64,000 nt of DNA, taken from NCBI RefSeq assembly GCF_032191835.1, contig NC_083224.1:189348001-189412000 (forward strand). Direction: 5' to 3'. Of the stretch, positions 24,750 through 36,411 are shown piece after piece; the first letter of the stretch is position 1, and every line of letters begins with the position of its first letter. This stretch comes from Heteronotia binoei (Eukaryota). Made by a program: the position numbers and the translations under genes. The notes beneath the pieces were generated by a model that saw nothing but the letters and a program-made list of their open reading frames with translations, had not been told where the DNA came from and made no database searches.

Positions 24750-25350
24750 ACTCACCTTGAAGTAGCCGCCCTCATAGTGAGTATTGGGGGGTCCGAAGAT
24801 GGCCACCTCCCAGTTGTAGAGATCCCCCTCGTCCACCAGGCTGACTCGGAAGCCCTCCACGGGCTCCTCCTGAAGCCCCTTCAGTTCCAGCAGCAACGCC
24901 TTTTGAGAGCTGGGCACGGACGGCCGCGCCATGTCGCCAGAGAAGGGGAAAGTAGGCCTCAGCTGAAGCCGGGGACTCGGCTAGAGAAAGACGCCGGCGG
25001 GAGGTCGAGGGCGGTCGGAAAGCAAAACCGCTGCGGACCCGAAAGAACGCCACCAGCCCCGAAAGCAGCCAGCGCGCTCGCGGTGTCACCTGGGACGTGT
25101 AGTTCTCAGCAGGAGAGGGAAGTCCGTGGCCACGCCCACCCACCTAGCATCTACCAATGGCGAGGAGAGGAGGCGGAGCCCGGATGCAGAGAGAGCGGCC
25201 GCGTGAGCAAGACGAGACCGTAACAACAGTTCCCATCGGCCTTTGCGCGCCGCGGTTTTCCGATTTAAAGCCGCGACTTCCGTCACAACAAGGGCAAGGG
25301 GCGGATATGGTGCCGCGTCACGCTGCGGAGGGTTTAGCTGTATTACCCTG
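24750..25350. promoter_or_regulatory. CpG island / CDC34 promoter
   Basis: GC- and CpG-rich region over exon 1 and upstream; CCAAT at 25154-25158; GC-box-like CCACGCCC (~25130) and GGGGCGG (~25298). Confidence 0.8.
24756..24932 (-). CDS. CDC34: Ubiquitin-conjugating enzyme E2 R1, coding exon 1
   Basis: ATG at 24932 gives MARPSVPSSQKALLLELKGLQEEPVEGFRVSLVDEGDLYNWEVAIFGPPNTHYEGGYFK (177 nt), then donor GTGAGT. The N-terminus matches CDC34 (MARPLVPSSQKALLLELKG) rather than the paralog UBE2R2. Confidence 0.97.
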
Positions 25351-25926
25351 AAGTTATTCCCCTAAATCTGTTCCCATATTTTAACCAATTTAAATGCATA
25401 TCTAAATTACCCAGAGATTTACAACAACCAGAGTCGCCAATCTCCAGGTGGGGCCTGGAGACGCCCCAGAATTGACCGGATTTCCAGGCAAGACCAGTCA
25501 GCTCCCTTGGAGAAAATGGCTGCTGGGAGGAGTGGAATGCCCTGTTGCGGCCCCTCGCCTCCTCACGCCCCGTCCCAGCCTCCTCAGGTGCACCCCAAAC
25601 CTTCGGGAATTTCCCAGCCTGGAGCTGCAAATGCAGTCCTCCTAGCAGGGAGTCATGATGGTCCTGAACAAAGTAAAAGTGACCTAGTCTTGGTTTCACA
25701 GGTTGCCAACTCAGCTTGGAAAGTTCTTCGCGATTTGGGGGTGCAAGTTCTTACCAGGACCCCTTGAAAGTACACATACAACCTGTGCTCTGTTAGCGGC
25801 ACTGGCTCCAGATTGAGTACCAAATCAGTTTCAAGGTTCAAAGCCCTAAATGATCTGAGACCATCAGGACTGCCGCTCCCTACATACCCCACAGAGAGCA
25901 TTACACATCTGGCAACAACCCACAAA

Positions 25927-26390
25927 TTAGGGTTGCCAAGTCCAATTCAAGAAAGATCTGGGGGTTTTGGGGGTGGAGCCAGGAGCAAAGTTGTGACAAG
26001 CATAATTAAACTCCAAAGGGAGTTCTGGCCATCACATTTAAAGGGACCACAGACCTTTTAAATGCCATTCCTCCATTGGAAATAATGGATAGGGGCACCT
26101 TCTTTGGGGACTCATAGAATTAGACCCCCTGGTGTAATTCTTTTGAAATTTGGAGGGTATTTTGAGGAGAGGCGCTGGCTGCTATGCTTAAAATTTGGTG
26201 CCTCTTCCTCAAAAAAACAGCCCCCCCCCCAGAGCCTTACATACCCGTGGATCAATTTTGCATTATGCCCTATGGGAATAATGGAGTGCCCAGCAGACAT
26301 TCCTCTCCCCACCCCACTTTCTGATGACCCTGCCTGAAGCGGGGGAAGGGCCTCCAAACCAGGGGATCCCCTGCTCCCAACTGAGGATTA
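25927..26390 (+). mobile_element. TAGGGTTGCC-terminated non-autonomous DNA element
   Basis: Starts TAGGGTTGCCAAGTCCAATTCAAG; a clearly related copy runs from 63593 to the window end. Confidence 0.65.
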
Positions 26391-26841
26391 GTAATGTACA
26401 GTGGTGTATGCCTTTAAAGGGCACCAGTACAATGTAGAGAATATTTCCAGAATTTTGCTACAAAAGAACAAACCACTGCAAAATTATGAGTTGCAAAGAA
26501 TTGCTAAACAAATCTCTTTTATATTCTATTTCAAAACTTTCTCCACAAACCAAAATTCTTGTCAATGTCCATCAATATGTAAATGCTTCTTCATTAGTGC
26601 TGAGAGACAGTACTAAAGTCCGCTGTCCTATAATTCCTTGTGTTGAGAGACAGACAGTACCAGAATTTTTACATCTCGTGTGGGTAGTAGACCAAAAACT
26701 GGCAGGTGCGGTGGCTACGCAGGTCCTAGGTTCAGGTCTGTGTTTTGTTCACCTTCCGCTGGCCGCTTGTCTTTACATTCCGGAACTTCAACATAAATAC
26801 AATCATCATTGAACATATAAATCATATAACATATGAAAATT

Positions 26842-27147
26842 CTCTCTCTCTCTCGGCTTGACTGCGAACGAAGATTTAAGAAGGGTGCAATAGTCCACGT
26901 CTGCTGCAGGCTCGCTGGTGGCTGACAAGACCAATGCGGGACAGGCAGGTCCGGCCACAGTGGCTGCAGGGAAAAGTCTGATTTGGGGTTGGTGCTGTAG
27001 CAGTGCGATTCTTCCTCCATCTCCTTTTGTCCTCGAGACCAGCTGTGCGTGCGTTCTCAAAGGAAGAGACAGCCTGGTGGATGGTGTGCCTCCATGCTTT
27101 GCGATCTGAGGCTAGGTCAGACCACTGGTGATGGTTGATGCGACAGG
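26842..27147 (-). mobile_element. 5'-truncated RTE-clade (BovB-like) LINE with 8-bp TSD
   Basis: Encodes WSDLASDRKAWRHTIHQAVSSFE...FPCSHCGRTCLSRIGLVSHQRAC; (GA)n tail; TGAAAATT at 26834-26841 and 27148-27155. Confidence 0.85.
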
Positions 27148-27657
27148 TGAAAATTATGCTCAACGTATATACACTAGTCAATGCTCACCCCGTGCTAAGG
27201 CAATCCCGCATACGCCAGGAAGTCCAAGATGCTCCAATGGTCCAGCACTGTATCGATTTTGGACACTCATTATGAGATTCAATGTACAGTGGTGTATGCC
27301 TTTAAAGGGCACCAGTACAATGTAGAGAATATTTCCAGGATTTTGTGACAGAAGGAAGCCTTTATCCATAAATTCCAGACCATGTCCCCCTGGGGTCTGA
27401 ATGCCTCACTAGATTTGTCTGTATTTGTTTAAAAATATAAGAAGTTGTTGTGTGTATATCATGTTAAATCGAATGGTAATTGGTTACAGCTGCGTGGAAC
27501 TATGTATGCTTGTCGGGTAAATGCTGTGTTTGAGAACCGTTCACGCAAGCTAAAATGAAACAATGTACTGTATGAACAATTGCCCTTAGTATGGGGTGAG
27601 CATTGATTATTGTATATATTTTGAGCACAATTTTCATATGTTATATGATTTGTTATA

Positions 27658-28471
27658 TGAGGGATGGTGGCTCAGTGGTAGAGCATCTGCTTGGGAAGCA
27701 GAAGGTCCCAGGTTCAATCCCCGGCATCTCCAAAAAAGGGTCCAGGCAAATAGGTGTGAAAAACCTCAGCTTGAGGCCCTGGAGAGCAGCTGCCAGTCTG
27801 AGAAGACAATACTGACTTTGATGGACCAAGGGTCTGATTCAGTATAAGGCAGCTTCATATGTTCATATGTACAGGTGCATTTAAAGGGGGAGGGACAGTG
27901 GCTCAGTGGTAGAGCATCTGCTTGGGAAGCAGAAGGTCCCAGGTTCAATCCCTGGCATCTCCAAAAAAGGGTCCAGGCAAATAGGTGTGAAAAACCTCAG
28001 CTTGAGACCCTGGAGAGCCGCTGCCAGTCTGAGAAGACAAGACTGACTTTGATGGACCAAGGGTCTGATTCAGTATAAGGCAGCTTCATATGTTCATATG
28101 TACAGGTGCATTTAAAGGGGGAGGGACAGTGGCTCAGTGGTAGAGCATCTGCTTGGGAAGCAGAAGGTCCCAGGTTCAATCCCTGGCATCTCCAAAAAAG
28201 GGTCCAGGCAAATAGGTGTGAAAAACCTCAGCTTGAGACCCTGGAGAGCTGCTCCAGTCAGGTGAGGGATGGTGGCTCAGTGGTAGAGCATCTGCTTGGG
28301 AAGCAGAAGGTCCCAGGTTCAATCCCTGGCATCTCCAAAAAAGGGTCCAGGCAAATAGGTGTGAAAAACCTCAGCTTGAGACCCTGGAGAGCCGCTGCCA
28401 GTCTGAGAAGACAATACTGACTTTGATGGACCGAGGGTCTGATTCAGTATAAGGCAGCTTCATATGTTCAT
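27658..28471 (+). repeat. Tandem array of Squam2-like SINEs (two monomers + dimer)
   Basis: Spacer ATGTACAGGTGCATTTAAAGGGG repeated at 231-nt period; the last unit is the dimer form. Confidence 0.85.
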
Positions 28472-28844
28472 ATGATTTATATGTTTAATGATGATTGTAT
28501 TTATGTTGACGTTCTGGAATGTAAAGACAAGCGGCCAGTGGAAGGTGAACGAAACCCAGACTGAACCTAGGACCTGCTACACCTGCCAGTTTTTGGTCTA
28601 CTACCCACATGAGAAGTGGTAAAAAATTTTTTGGTACTGTCTCTGTCTCTCAACACAAGGAATTATAGGACAGTGGACTTTAGTACCGTCTCTCAGCACT
28701 AATGAAGAAGCATTTATATTTTGATGCACATTGACAAGAATTTTGGTTTGTGGAGGAAGTATTTGAAATAGAATACCAAAGAGATTTGTTATTACTAATC
28801 AGTACACTGCGATTTCCGGTTTGTCCCACCTGGGGATTAGCGAT

Positions 28845-29280
28845 TTATTTATTTATTTTATTTATTCTATAACTTATATCCCGCCCTTCCCACAAAGTGG
28901 CTCAGGGCGGCTCACAACAAACAATAAAACAAAGTTCAAAATTATTACATTTAAAAGTTAAAACATTTAAAAAGCTAAAAACCTTAAAATTTTAACATTA
29001 AATCTATACCATATGAGTCACAGAAGTCTAATAAGCTACATTTAATTCCCAGTCAGGCGTAGGCTAACCGGAAGAGGGTTGTCTTACAGGCCCTGTGGAA
29101 CTGAGCAAGGTCCCGCAGGGCCCTCACCTCTTCCGGCAGCTGGTTCCACCATGTAGGGGCCATTGTGGAAAAGGCCCTGTCTCTGGTTGTCTTGAGACGG
29201 ACTTCCTTAGGCCCGGGGATGGTGAGAAGGTTTTGAGTCCCAGACCTCAGTACTCTCTGGGGAACGTGTGGGGAGAGATC
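28845..29280 (-). mobile_element. L2-type LINE 3' fragment
   Basis: ORF 29053-29301 ends RAFSTMAPTWWNQLPEEVRALRDLAQFHRACKTTLFRLAYA; a related copy lies at ~50450-50872 (-). Confidence 0.8.
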
Positions 29281-30486
29281 CCTTTTTGGTTCTGGCCCCA
29301 ACCTGGTGGAGCTCTCTTCCTAATGTGACACGGGCCTGGCTAGACTTGGTTCAGTTCTGCAGGGCCTGTAAGAGAGATGTTCCACTGGACACATGGTTGA
29401 GGACAGTGATGGTTAGAGAAATCAGCTGGCCTCACTTCATTTACTGTTGGGCTGCAAATCTCTCTGCTGGCTGCCTCCCACCTGACCACCTGTGATAGAT
29501 TGTTGGGAGACATCTGGCAGAGTAGTTTGATTATTAGGCTTTTTAAACTGAGGAAAAAAAATCGGATTTTAAAATAGTAATGCTGATTTTATTGTATAAC
29601 TGTTCAAAGCCACCCTGAGTCCTGTTTGGCCAGCAAAGGCACAAGATAGAAATTGAATGAATGAATGAATAAATAAATCATTCAGGACAACTCCAGGGCC
29701 TAACTGGAGGTTGAAAACCCTATTAGCTCTCCAGACCCAAGCAGCTGTGCGGAGAACTTCTGTTTGGTGCCATGGTTAAATTCAGTTTCTTGTAGTGGTT
29801 AAGTGTGCACTCTTATCTGAGAGAACCGAGACTGATTCCCCACTCCTCCACTTGCATCTGCTGGAATGGCCTTGGTCAGCCATAGCTATCACAAGAGTTG
29901 TCCTTGGAAGAACAGCTTCCGGGAGAGCTTTCTCAGCCCCACCTACCTCACAGGGTGTCTGTTGTGGGGGGGAGAAGATAAAGGAGATTGTAAGCTGTCT
30001 GAGACTCTGAGATTCAGGGTGAAAGACGGGATATAAATCCAATATTTTCTATATTTCTGAGCTAGGTTGCTGCCCAGGATTGTCTAATCTTGTCAGATCT
30101 CAGAAGCAAAGGAGGATCAGCCCCATTCAGTACTTGGATTAGTGACTACCAATGGGTCCTTTTAACCAGTTTAAATGTTACACAGATAGAATCAGAGTTG
30201 GAAGATAATCCAGCCCAACCCCCTACACAATGCAGGCAATGCAGACAAAATACCTCCCCTCGTACGCACAGCGATTCCTGCTTCATGCCCAGAAGATGGC
30301 AAAAAACCCTCCAAGATCCCTGGCAAAAGTGGCTTGGAGAAAACCTGTAGCTGTAACAAACAAAAACCATCAAGGGTCATTGCTACATAACCACAACAGT
30401 ATTGTAAGCCTTCAGGTCTTGGGTTTCTGTCAGTACAAAGCAGGTGGAGAATCTGGGCCCTTTCCAGGGCCGTTTTGTCTGTTCAG

Positions 30487-33400
30487 GGAGGACTCCTCAG
30501 GGCCAGACCCAGCAACAACCACAGGGTGACTTATCACCCAATTTTCATGATTCAACCAGGCTTGTGCTTGCTACTGTTCAACAGCAACCGCCCCATGAAA
30601 GCCAGTGTGGTTTAGTGGTTAGAATTTCAGACACGGACCTGGGAGACACAAGGTTCAAATTCCAGCTTTGGTGTGGAAGTTCAATGGATGACCTTAGGCC
30701 ACTTGGTCGTTCTCAGACTAACTTACCTAACAGGGCTGTTGACAGGATAAAATGAAGGAATGATGTAAGTTGCCTTGGAGCCCCATAATGGAGAAAGGCA
30801 AAGTCAGGGCTTTTTTTCAGCAGGAACTCCTTTGCATATTAGGCCACACCCCCGATAGAGCCAATCCTCCAAGAGCTTACAGGGCTCTTAGTGCAGGGCC
30901 TACTGGAAGCTCCAGGAGGGTTGGCTACATCAAGGGTATAATATGGGCCTAATATGCAAAGGAGTTCCTGCTACAAAAAAAGCCCTGGGCAAGATATAAA
31001 TGAAGTTTAAAAATAACAAATATCGCTAAAGATGGGAGGTACAGAAAGGGCTGGCAGGTGGGCAGCAGGAAGCAAGGAAAGGTGAGTACTTGGGAGTTGG
31101 CAGGAGGGAAAGAATAAAGGGGGGGGGCCGATACAGGGATAAGCAAGGTGCCCTGGCAAGTCCTTGGGGTTCCCCACTGTGCGATTGGGCCTGGCTTGAT
31201 GCCTGGCCCCATGCAAGTGGGCCGTAGCCTTCCAGGGTAGAGGGTGCCAGGAGATGGAAAGGTAAAGGTAGTCCTCTGCGCAAGCACATGTTGTTTTCGA
31301 CTCTGGGGTGACGTTGCTTTCACAGCATTTTCACGGCAGACTTTTTACGGGGTAGTTTGCCATTGCCTTCCCCGGTCGGATGGAAAGGAGGGAACGCTAA
31401 ATGGGAGGGGGCAGATAAAGGTAGGTTGGCTGTTGGGTGGGAAGCTAGAGTATAGATATAGCTTCGCCTGAGATTAACTGCCACAACAGAGGGAAATTAA
31501 CTTCCCTCACAACACCTACTTCTCTCAGCCCACCAGCAGCCTCAATAGCCCAACTCTGCCTAGGCTCCCCAGAGCTCAGCAGCTAAGCTGGGTTGGCTCC
31601 AGTCAATACTTGGTTGGGATTACCATACAGGAGGTGATGGCAAACCACCTACGCTTGGCGTTTGTCTAGAACACCCCATGGTAGGGATGCCAGCCTCCAG
31701 GTGGGACCTGGAGATCCCCAGAATTACAGCTCACCTCCCGACGGTAGAGATCAGTTCCTCTGGAGAAAATGGATGCTTTGGAAGGTGGACTTTCTGGCAT
31801 TGCACTCCACTGAGGTCCCTCCCATCCCCGGGCTTCATGCCCCAAACCCCTAGGACTTTCCAAACCTGAAGCTGGCAAGCCTCCCCCCCCCCAGGGGGAC
31901 TTGGCAACTCTACCCCATGAATGGGCTGCTGTAAGTCAGCTGTAACTTGACAGCACATTCTTCTTCCTTCCTTAGAACCACAGTTTCCAGAATTTCTCGA
32001 GGAAGGGGACGGTTTGAAAAAAGAGAGGAACGAAGATAGTACAGTGGGCATTCACACAGGTCGTCCTCCTGCATCAGAGGCAAAATTTTCAGCCATAAAG
32101 GTGACATGGGACACTGCCGGCCCAAGCAAGTAGAGCAAAAGCTTAAAATACAAATAATCGACAATGCTTAAACCCATTTAACTCAAATTTGAATCAAATT
32201 AAGTGGAGTGTTAATTACTTTACAGTCTCAAGCACCCAGACACCTGTCAGCCATCCTAAAGCTTAGTACTCTGACCTTGCAGGAAAACTGCAAAGAAGTT
32301 GTTCTCCTACTGACCAGTGCTGGGTAGAATAATTAACTTTTATTTCCTTGTAACTTTTTTTTTCTTTCGGTTAAAGGTAGCGAAATGGTAAGGAATTAAA
32401 CCGCAGGGCAGGATTTCATTCAAAAAGTCCTTGTCAGCTGGGGAGGTAGCCTGTTGCTTCTCTGCGTGAGTGGGCTGCTTCTCCTTCAGATCAGCTTCCA
32501 CTGGTAATTCTGCCGCATCTCGCCACAGGATGTTCTCGGGGGATTCACGTAGCATCTCCCAAGGCAACACAACCCCATACCCACACAAAACATTGCCCAC
32601 TGTCCCTCTTTACAAAGCAGTGTTCTGCTCACATTCTATTAAAAAAAAATAGGGAGATACACAGTAGATGAAAGTAAACAAAACAAACACTATCTAAAAC
32701 CACATGGTCTGAAATCTTATATAACAAAGCTTAATACAACCAAACATCGTGTGCGCTAAACAACTATTTCATAGCCAAGTTGTGCGGAAGTTTGATAGCT
32801 TTGTTTGCAATGTTGTTTCTATGTAATGTTTGTGACTTTTCTAATAGTATATAAAAGTCACAAACATTACAAAACATGTACTAAAACATTCTCATCCCTA
32901 CCGTTAGGACAGGAAAAGCTCGGAAGTGACAAGAATATGAAGGTGAAAGAGAAAATGGACAATAAGGCCTAGAAGGGGAAGAAGACCAAAGAGCGACTGT
33001 ACTACTTGAAAGCGAGAAGGCCTCAATATGGACTGATATAAGAACATTTAGACTAAAAGGGCCGAGCAAGAATACCTTGTAAAGGGGGGTAGAGATTTAG
33101 ATGTATACTCTGTATGAGAAAACGGATAAGCTCGATGTAAATGATCAAAAGAATAAATATATTTATATTACAAACATTACAAAGAAACAACATTGCAAAC
33201 ACTGCTATCAAACTTCAGCAAAACTTGGCTATTATCAGTAAGTTTGCCCGTAAGAGGCTGGGTCCTGTTATCATCTGAGACTGCCTGGGACCTGTTATCA
33301 CTGTTACCCCCGGGTCACCTTTATTATTATACTCTGCATGGACTGAAGAAATTTGGACGGTTCTATTTTGGTTGCGCTTTAAACGCTTCTGGATTAACAT

Positions 33401-34976
33401 CTTTGGCCTGAGTTTTGACCTTGTAAAAAGGTTTCCCTTTGTTCACCGCATGGTTTCTATGTAAATGCTTGTGACTTTTCTAATAGTCTATGAATTATAA
33501 AATCATTATTTAGCACACACAATACGTTTGGCTGTATGAAGCTTTGTTATATAAGGTTTCGGACCATGTAGTTTTACACAGTTTTTGCTTTGTTCACCCA
33601 TTCCGCTTCGGCCTCCCCAAAATAGCAACTCCTACAGATATGTAAAAAGGAGGCACCTCTTAGATAGCAGTTACATGGTCATGCCCTTCTGACTCACTCA
33701 TTGAGCATATTTCCAACTTTAACTCCACAAAGTTTTATTGGGCACCTGTATTGCAGAGCCTTTGCCCAGGAGAGAGAATAGAAGCTCAGAATCATCAACC
33801 ACAGGTAATGACAGAGTCCACAATTGCCCCTGCTGTTTCCACCTGTACAACCCAGTCAGTCTAAATAAGGTGCTCGAGGTTCCTCATTTAGCACTATTAC
33901 ATGCCTGCCAGTTAAGTGGAATCCTTTCCTGCAATTGTGGCTGCTTGAAGCATTGTAAAGCAATTTACCCTTAACTGGGTGCCTCATGCCCTGTGGATGA
34001 TGTGCTAAGGGTAAAAAAAATTATCTGGCAAGGAAGACGACAATGCAGAGTGGCCGCCAACTCTACAAACACCTATAATTTTGTACCACCTTTTGGTCTG
34101 AAATTGTTAAGCGCAATGGGGAAAACACAAGGAGATTGCAAGCAAAAAATACATATCCATTACTGTTTCCCTCCTCTTCTGTATACTGGAACTTCCAGCT
34201 TTCAGGGAAACCATTCCCACATCAGCTTGTCAGCTGAAGAATCCATCTGCAGAGCACATTTTCACCATGCCTTTCATCCAGTTGGCTCAGGGTGGCTTAC
34301 AAGCCTCCCTCCTCTTCCAGTTTTTTTTTCTCCCAGTGATGCTGTGAGGTGAGTTAGAGGTTGGGAGTGGCTGGCTAAAAGTCAACCTGTGAGCTCCATG
34401 GTCAAATGGAGACTTGAATCCAGGTCTTTCCAATTTCTTAGTATGACACTCTGTTGTACTGCCCTGGCTTTTTGGCCATGGATACCTTTGTGTGCAAGAG
34501 ACACAACCCCGTTACATAAGCCCCTGCAGTTACCTTCTCACCAATGAACAGTAAAGCACCCAACACACCTCTGCAGCTGTACTTCATGGAAGAAGAGCAG
34601 TAGGCAAATGACATTTCAGGGAACTGTGGCTGTCCTCACTGATCTTCTCCTTTAGGAGCCCTGGTTAAGCCTTTCAGGTACTCGGTGCTTCCTGTTCTCC
34701 CCTTCTTTCTATTAGGGGTTAGAGGGACTGTGGCTCACAGCAGCTGTCTCTCCACCACTTCCAGCAAATGTCTAGCTGTCCTTTCCCCCTGCCCCATGCT
34801 CTGCAGGGGATGATCTACTGTCTTTCTGTTTGGCTGCCCTTCTGCTTTCTCTCCCCTGTAGTCAAGCTGTTGGCTGTGCCTCTTCTCAAGATCCTCCTCA
34901 AGAATGCACGCACGAACTTGATGCTCACCAGGGTATTAAAACTGTTAAAAGTATTCCACATGACATAACAAGGTGA
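30487..34976 (+). other. Candidate multi-exon orphan gene (seven small exons; see findings)
   Basis: Exon candidates 30487-30525, 31976-32100, 32283-32323, 32490-32503, 33757-33804, 34656-34677, 34862-34976; all internal boundaries are AG/GT, phases are compatible, and the frame is stop-free until TGA 34974-34976. No homolog recognised. Confidence 0.35.
32674..33597. repeat. Complex fold-back element (nested inverted and direct repeats)
   Basis: Outer IR 32674-32760/33508-33597; inner IR 32771-32833/33170-33232; 19-bp palindrome arms 32822-32840/32853-32871; direct repeat 32816-32848/33454-33487. Confidence 0.8.
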
Positions 34977-35773
34977 AGAGAGAGTGCATAGCATCTGGAG
35001 TCCTAGAAAAACCTCTTGTGTCTGTCTCTTTGAAAAGGTGAGGACCAACATATTCCCTGAAATGATGAAGGGGCAGCTGCATAACTGAGGAATCTGAAAT
35101 AGATGGATGTCCAAAAGTTCCCATGACTCCTGGAAAACCTGAAAAGAAGACACAAAATTGAGGATGCAGCACTCCTGGATGTCGTGTTGGGAGGATTTCA
35201 AAATTACAAGGGAAGTTGAGAATTGCATGGTAGCTAGGATGTCCTTACGATTTGTCTGCTCATAGTGAGTAAAACCTTGCCTTTGGCCCCAATCCCTCGC
35301 CCTCTAGAAATGGAGGAGCAGAAGAAAAAAAATAAGTCTCCATAGTGATGCTCTACAAATTTTTCCATGTCTCTGTGGTCTTTACCATAGAGAGCAGGGC
35401 TAATTCCTAGCTAGTCAACCAGAAATTACATCACATCCTTCCCAAGCTTTCCTCTCCCCAGGCACTGACATAAAAATTTCCCAGCACCTGCCAAGGCAGT
35501 GCTGGCAATCCTAGATTAGGAATATACATCTGAAAATAGGTTGTTTCATGGATGAAGGCTTTCAAACATCAAGAGTATTTTGTTTCTGTGTGCTTAAATT
35601 CATTTATAAGTTCTCAGTAGAAGTATTTACCTCAATATCTTTCAGGAACCTCAACATTTCACTATAAAACATACTGAATAAGACTCAGTAGGAGAACTTC
35701 AGAAGTTTTACACAGCTTACAAAGTTGTAGTTCTGCTTAAGCCCAAAGGCAACATACACTCCTCTTTCCCATT

Positions 35774-35779
35774 TTTATT
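35774..35779 (-). terminator. Candidate polyadenylation signal of TPGS1
   Basis: First AATAAA on the minus strand, about 100 nt after the stop. Confidence 0.55.
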
Positions 35780-35879
35780 CCACCTGTCCCATTCCAGAAG
35801 AGAGAAAGCAGGAGTCTTGTCTCTCCATCCCAAATAAATCCAGTTCTTGGTCAAGCTGGCATTTGTCCTGGCTTGCAAT

Positions 35880-36411
35880 TCAGCCAACAGGTTTCACTTT
35901 GGTGACAAAAATGACCGATGCTTTCTTGAGAAACTCCTCTTTCTTCATGGCCACGCTGGCCTTCCTTTCAGCCAGTGCCTTGTCCATAGCTAAAGCTAAG
36001 TAGTCCGGCCCAAGCTTGGACCCAGCCTCCAAGTAACGGATAGGACTGGAGACATTGCTAGTGTGAAGAGCTTCCTCCAGAGTGCTGAGCACAGCTAAAC
36101 AGATCCGTTGATCAGCCACACCAGATCCGCCGTCCAGGGCCTCATAGAGAGCACTCGCCTTGGCCAAAAACTCAAGGAAGACCAGACAGGTGAGCACGCC
36201 ATAGTGGAAGACATCAAATGGCACCATCTCATGGTCCCGGCAAGTTATCTTTTGAAGCAATGGCGCGACAATTTCTTCAGCAGCTCCCCTGTCTCGGAAG
36301 AACATATTCAGCAACTCGCTGTAGAGTTTTCCATTGACCCCAGGCTTCTTCCGTCTCCCACCAGCACTCAAGGAATCGTATGCCATGCTGACATTGTTGC
36401 TGAAGGCTGTT
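35880..36411 (-). CDS. TPGS1: TPGS1 coding exon 2 (stop)
   Basis: TAFSNNVSMAYDSLSAGGRRKKPG...EEFLKKASVIFVTKVKPVG then TGA, matching the TPGS1 C-terminus (...KVKPVG). Phase fits exon 1: 314 + 532 = 846 nt. Confidence 0.95.

Noticed and set aside
33340-33400. Hammerhead ribozyme in the fold-back element (CTGAAGA core; also remnant at ~53285-53312)
   Set aside because: No stem II followed by GAAA at a suitable spacing; an Infernal search with hammerhead covariance models would be decisive.
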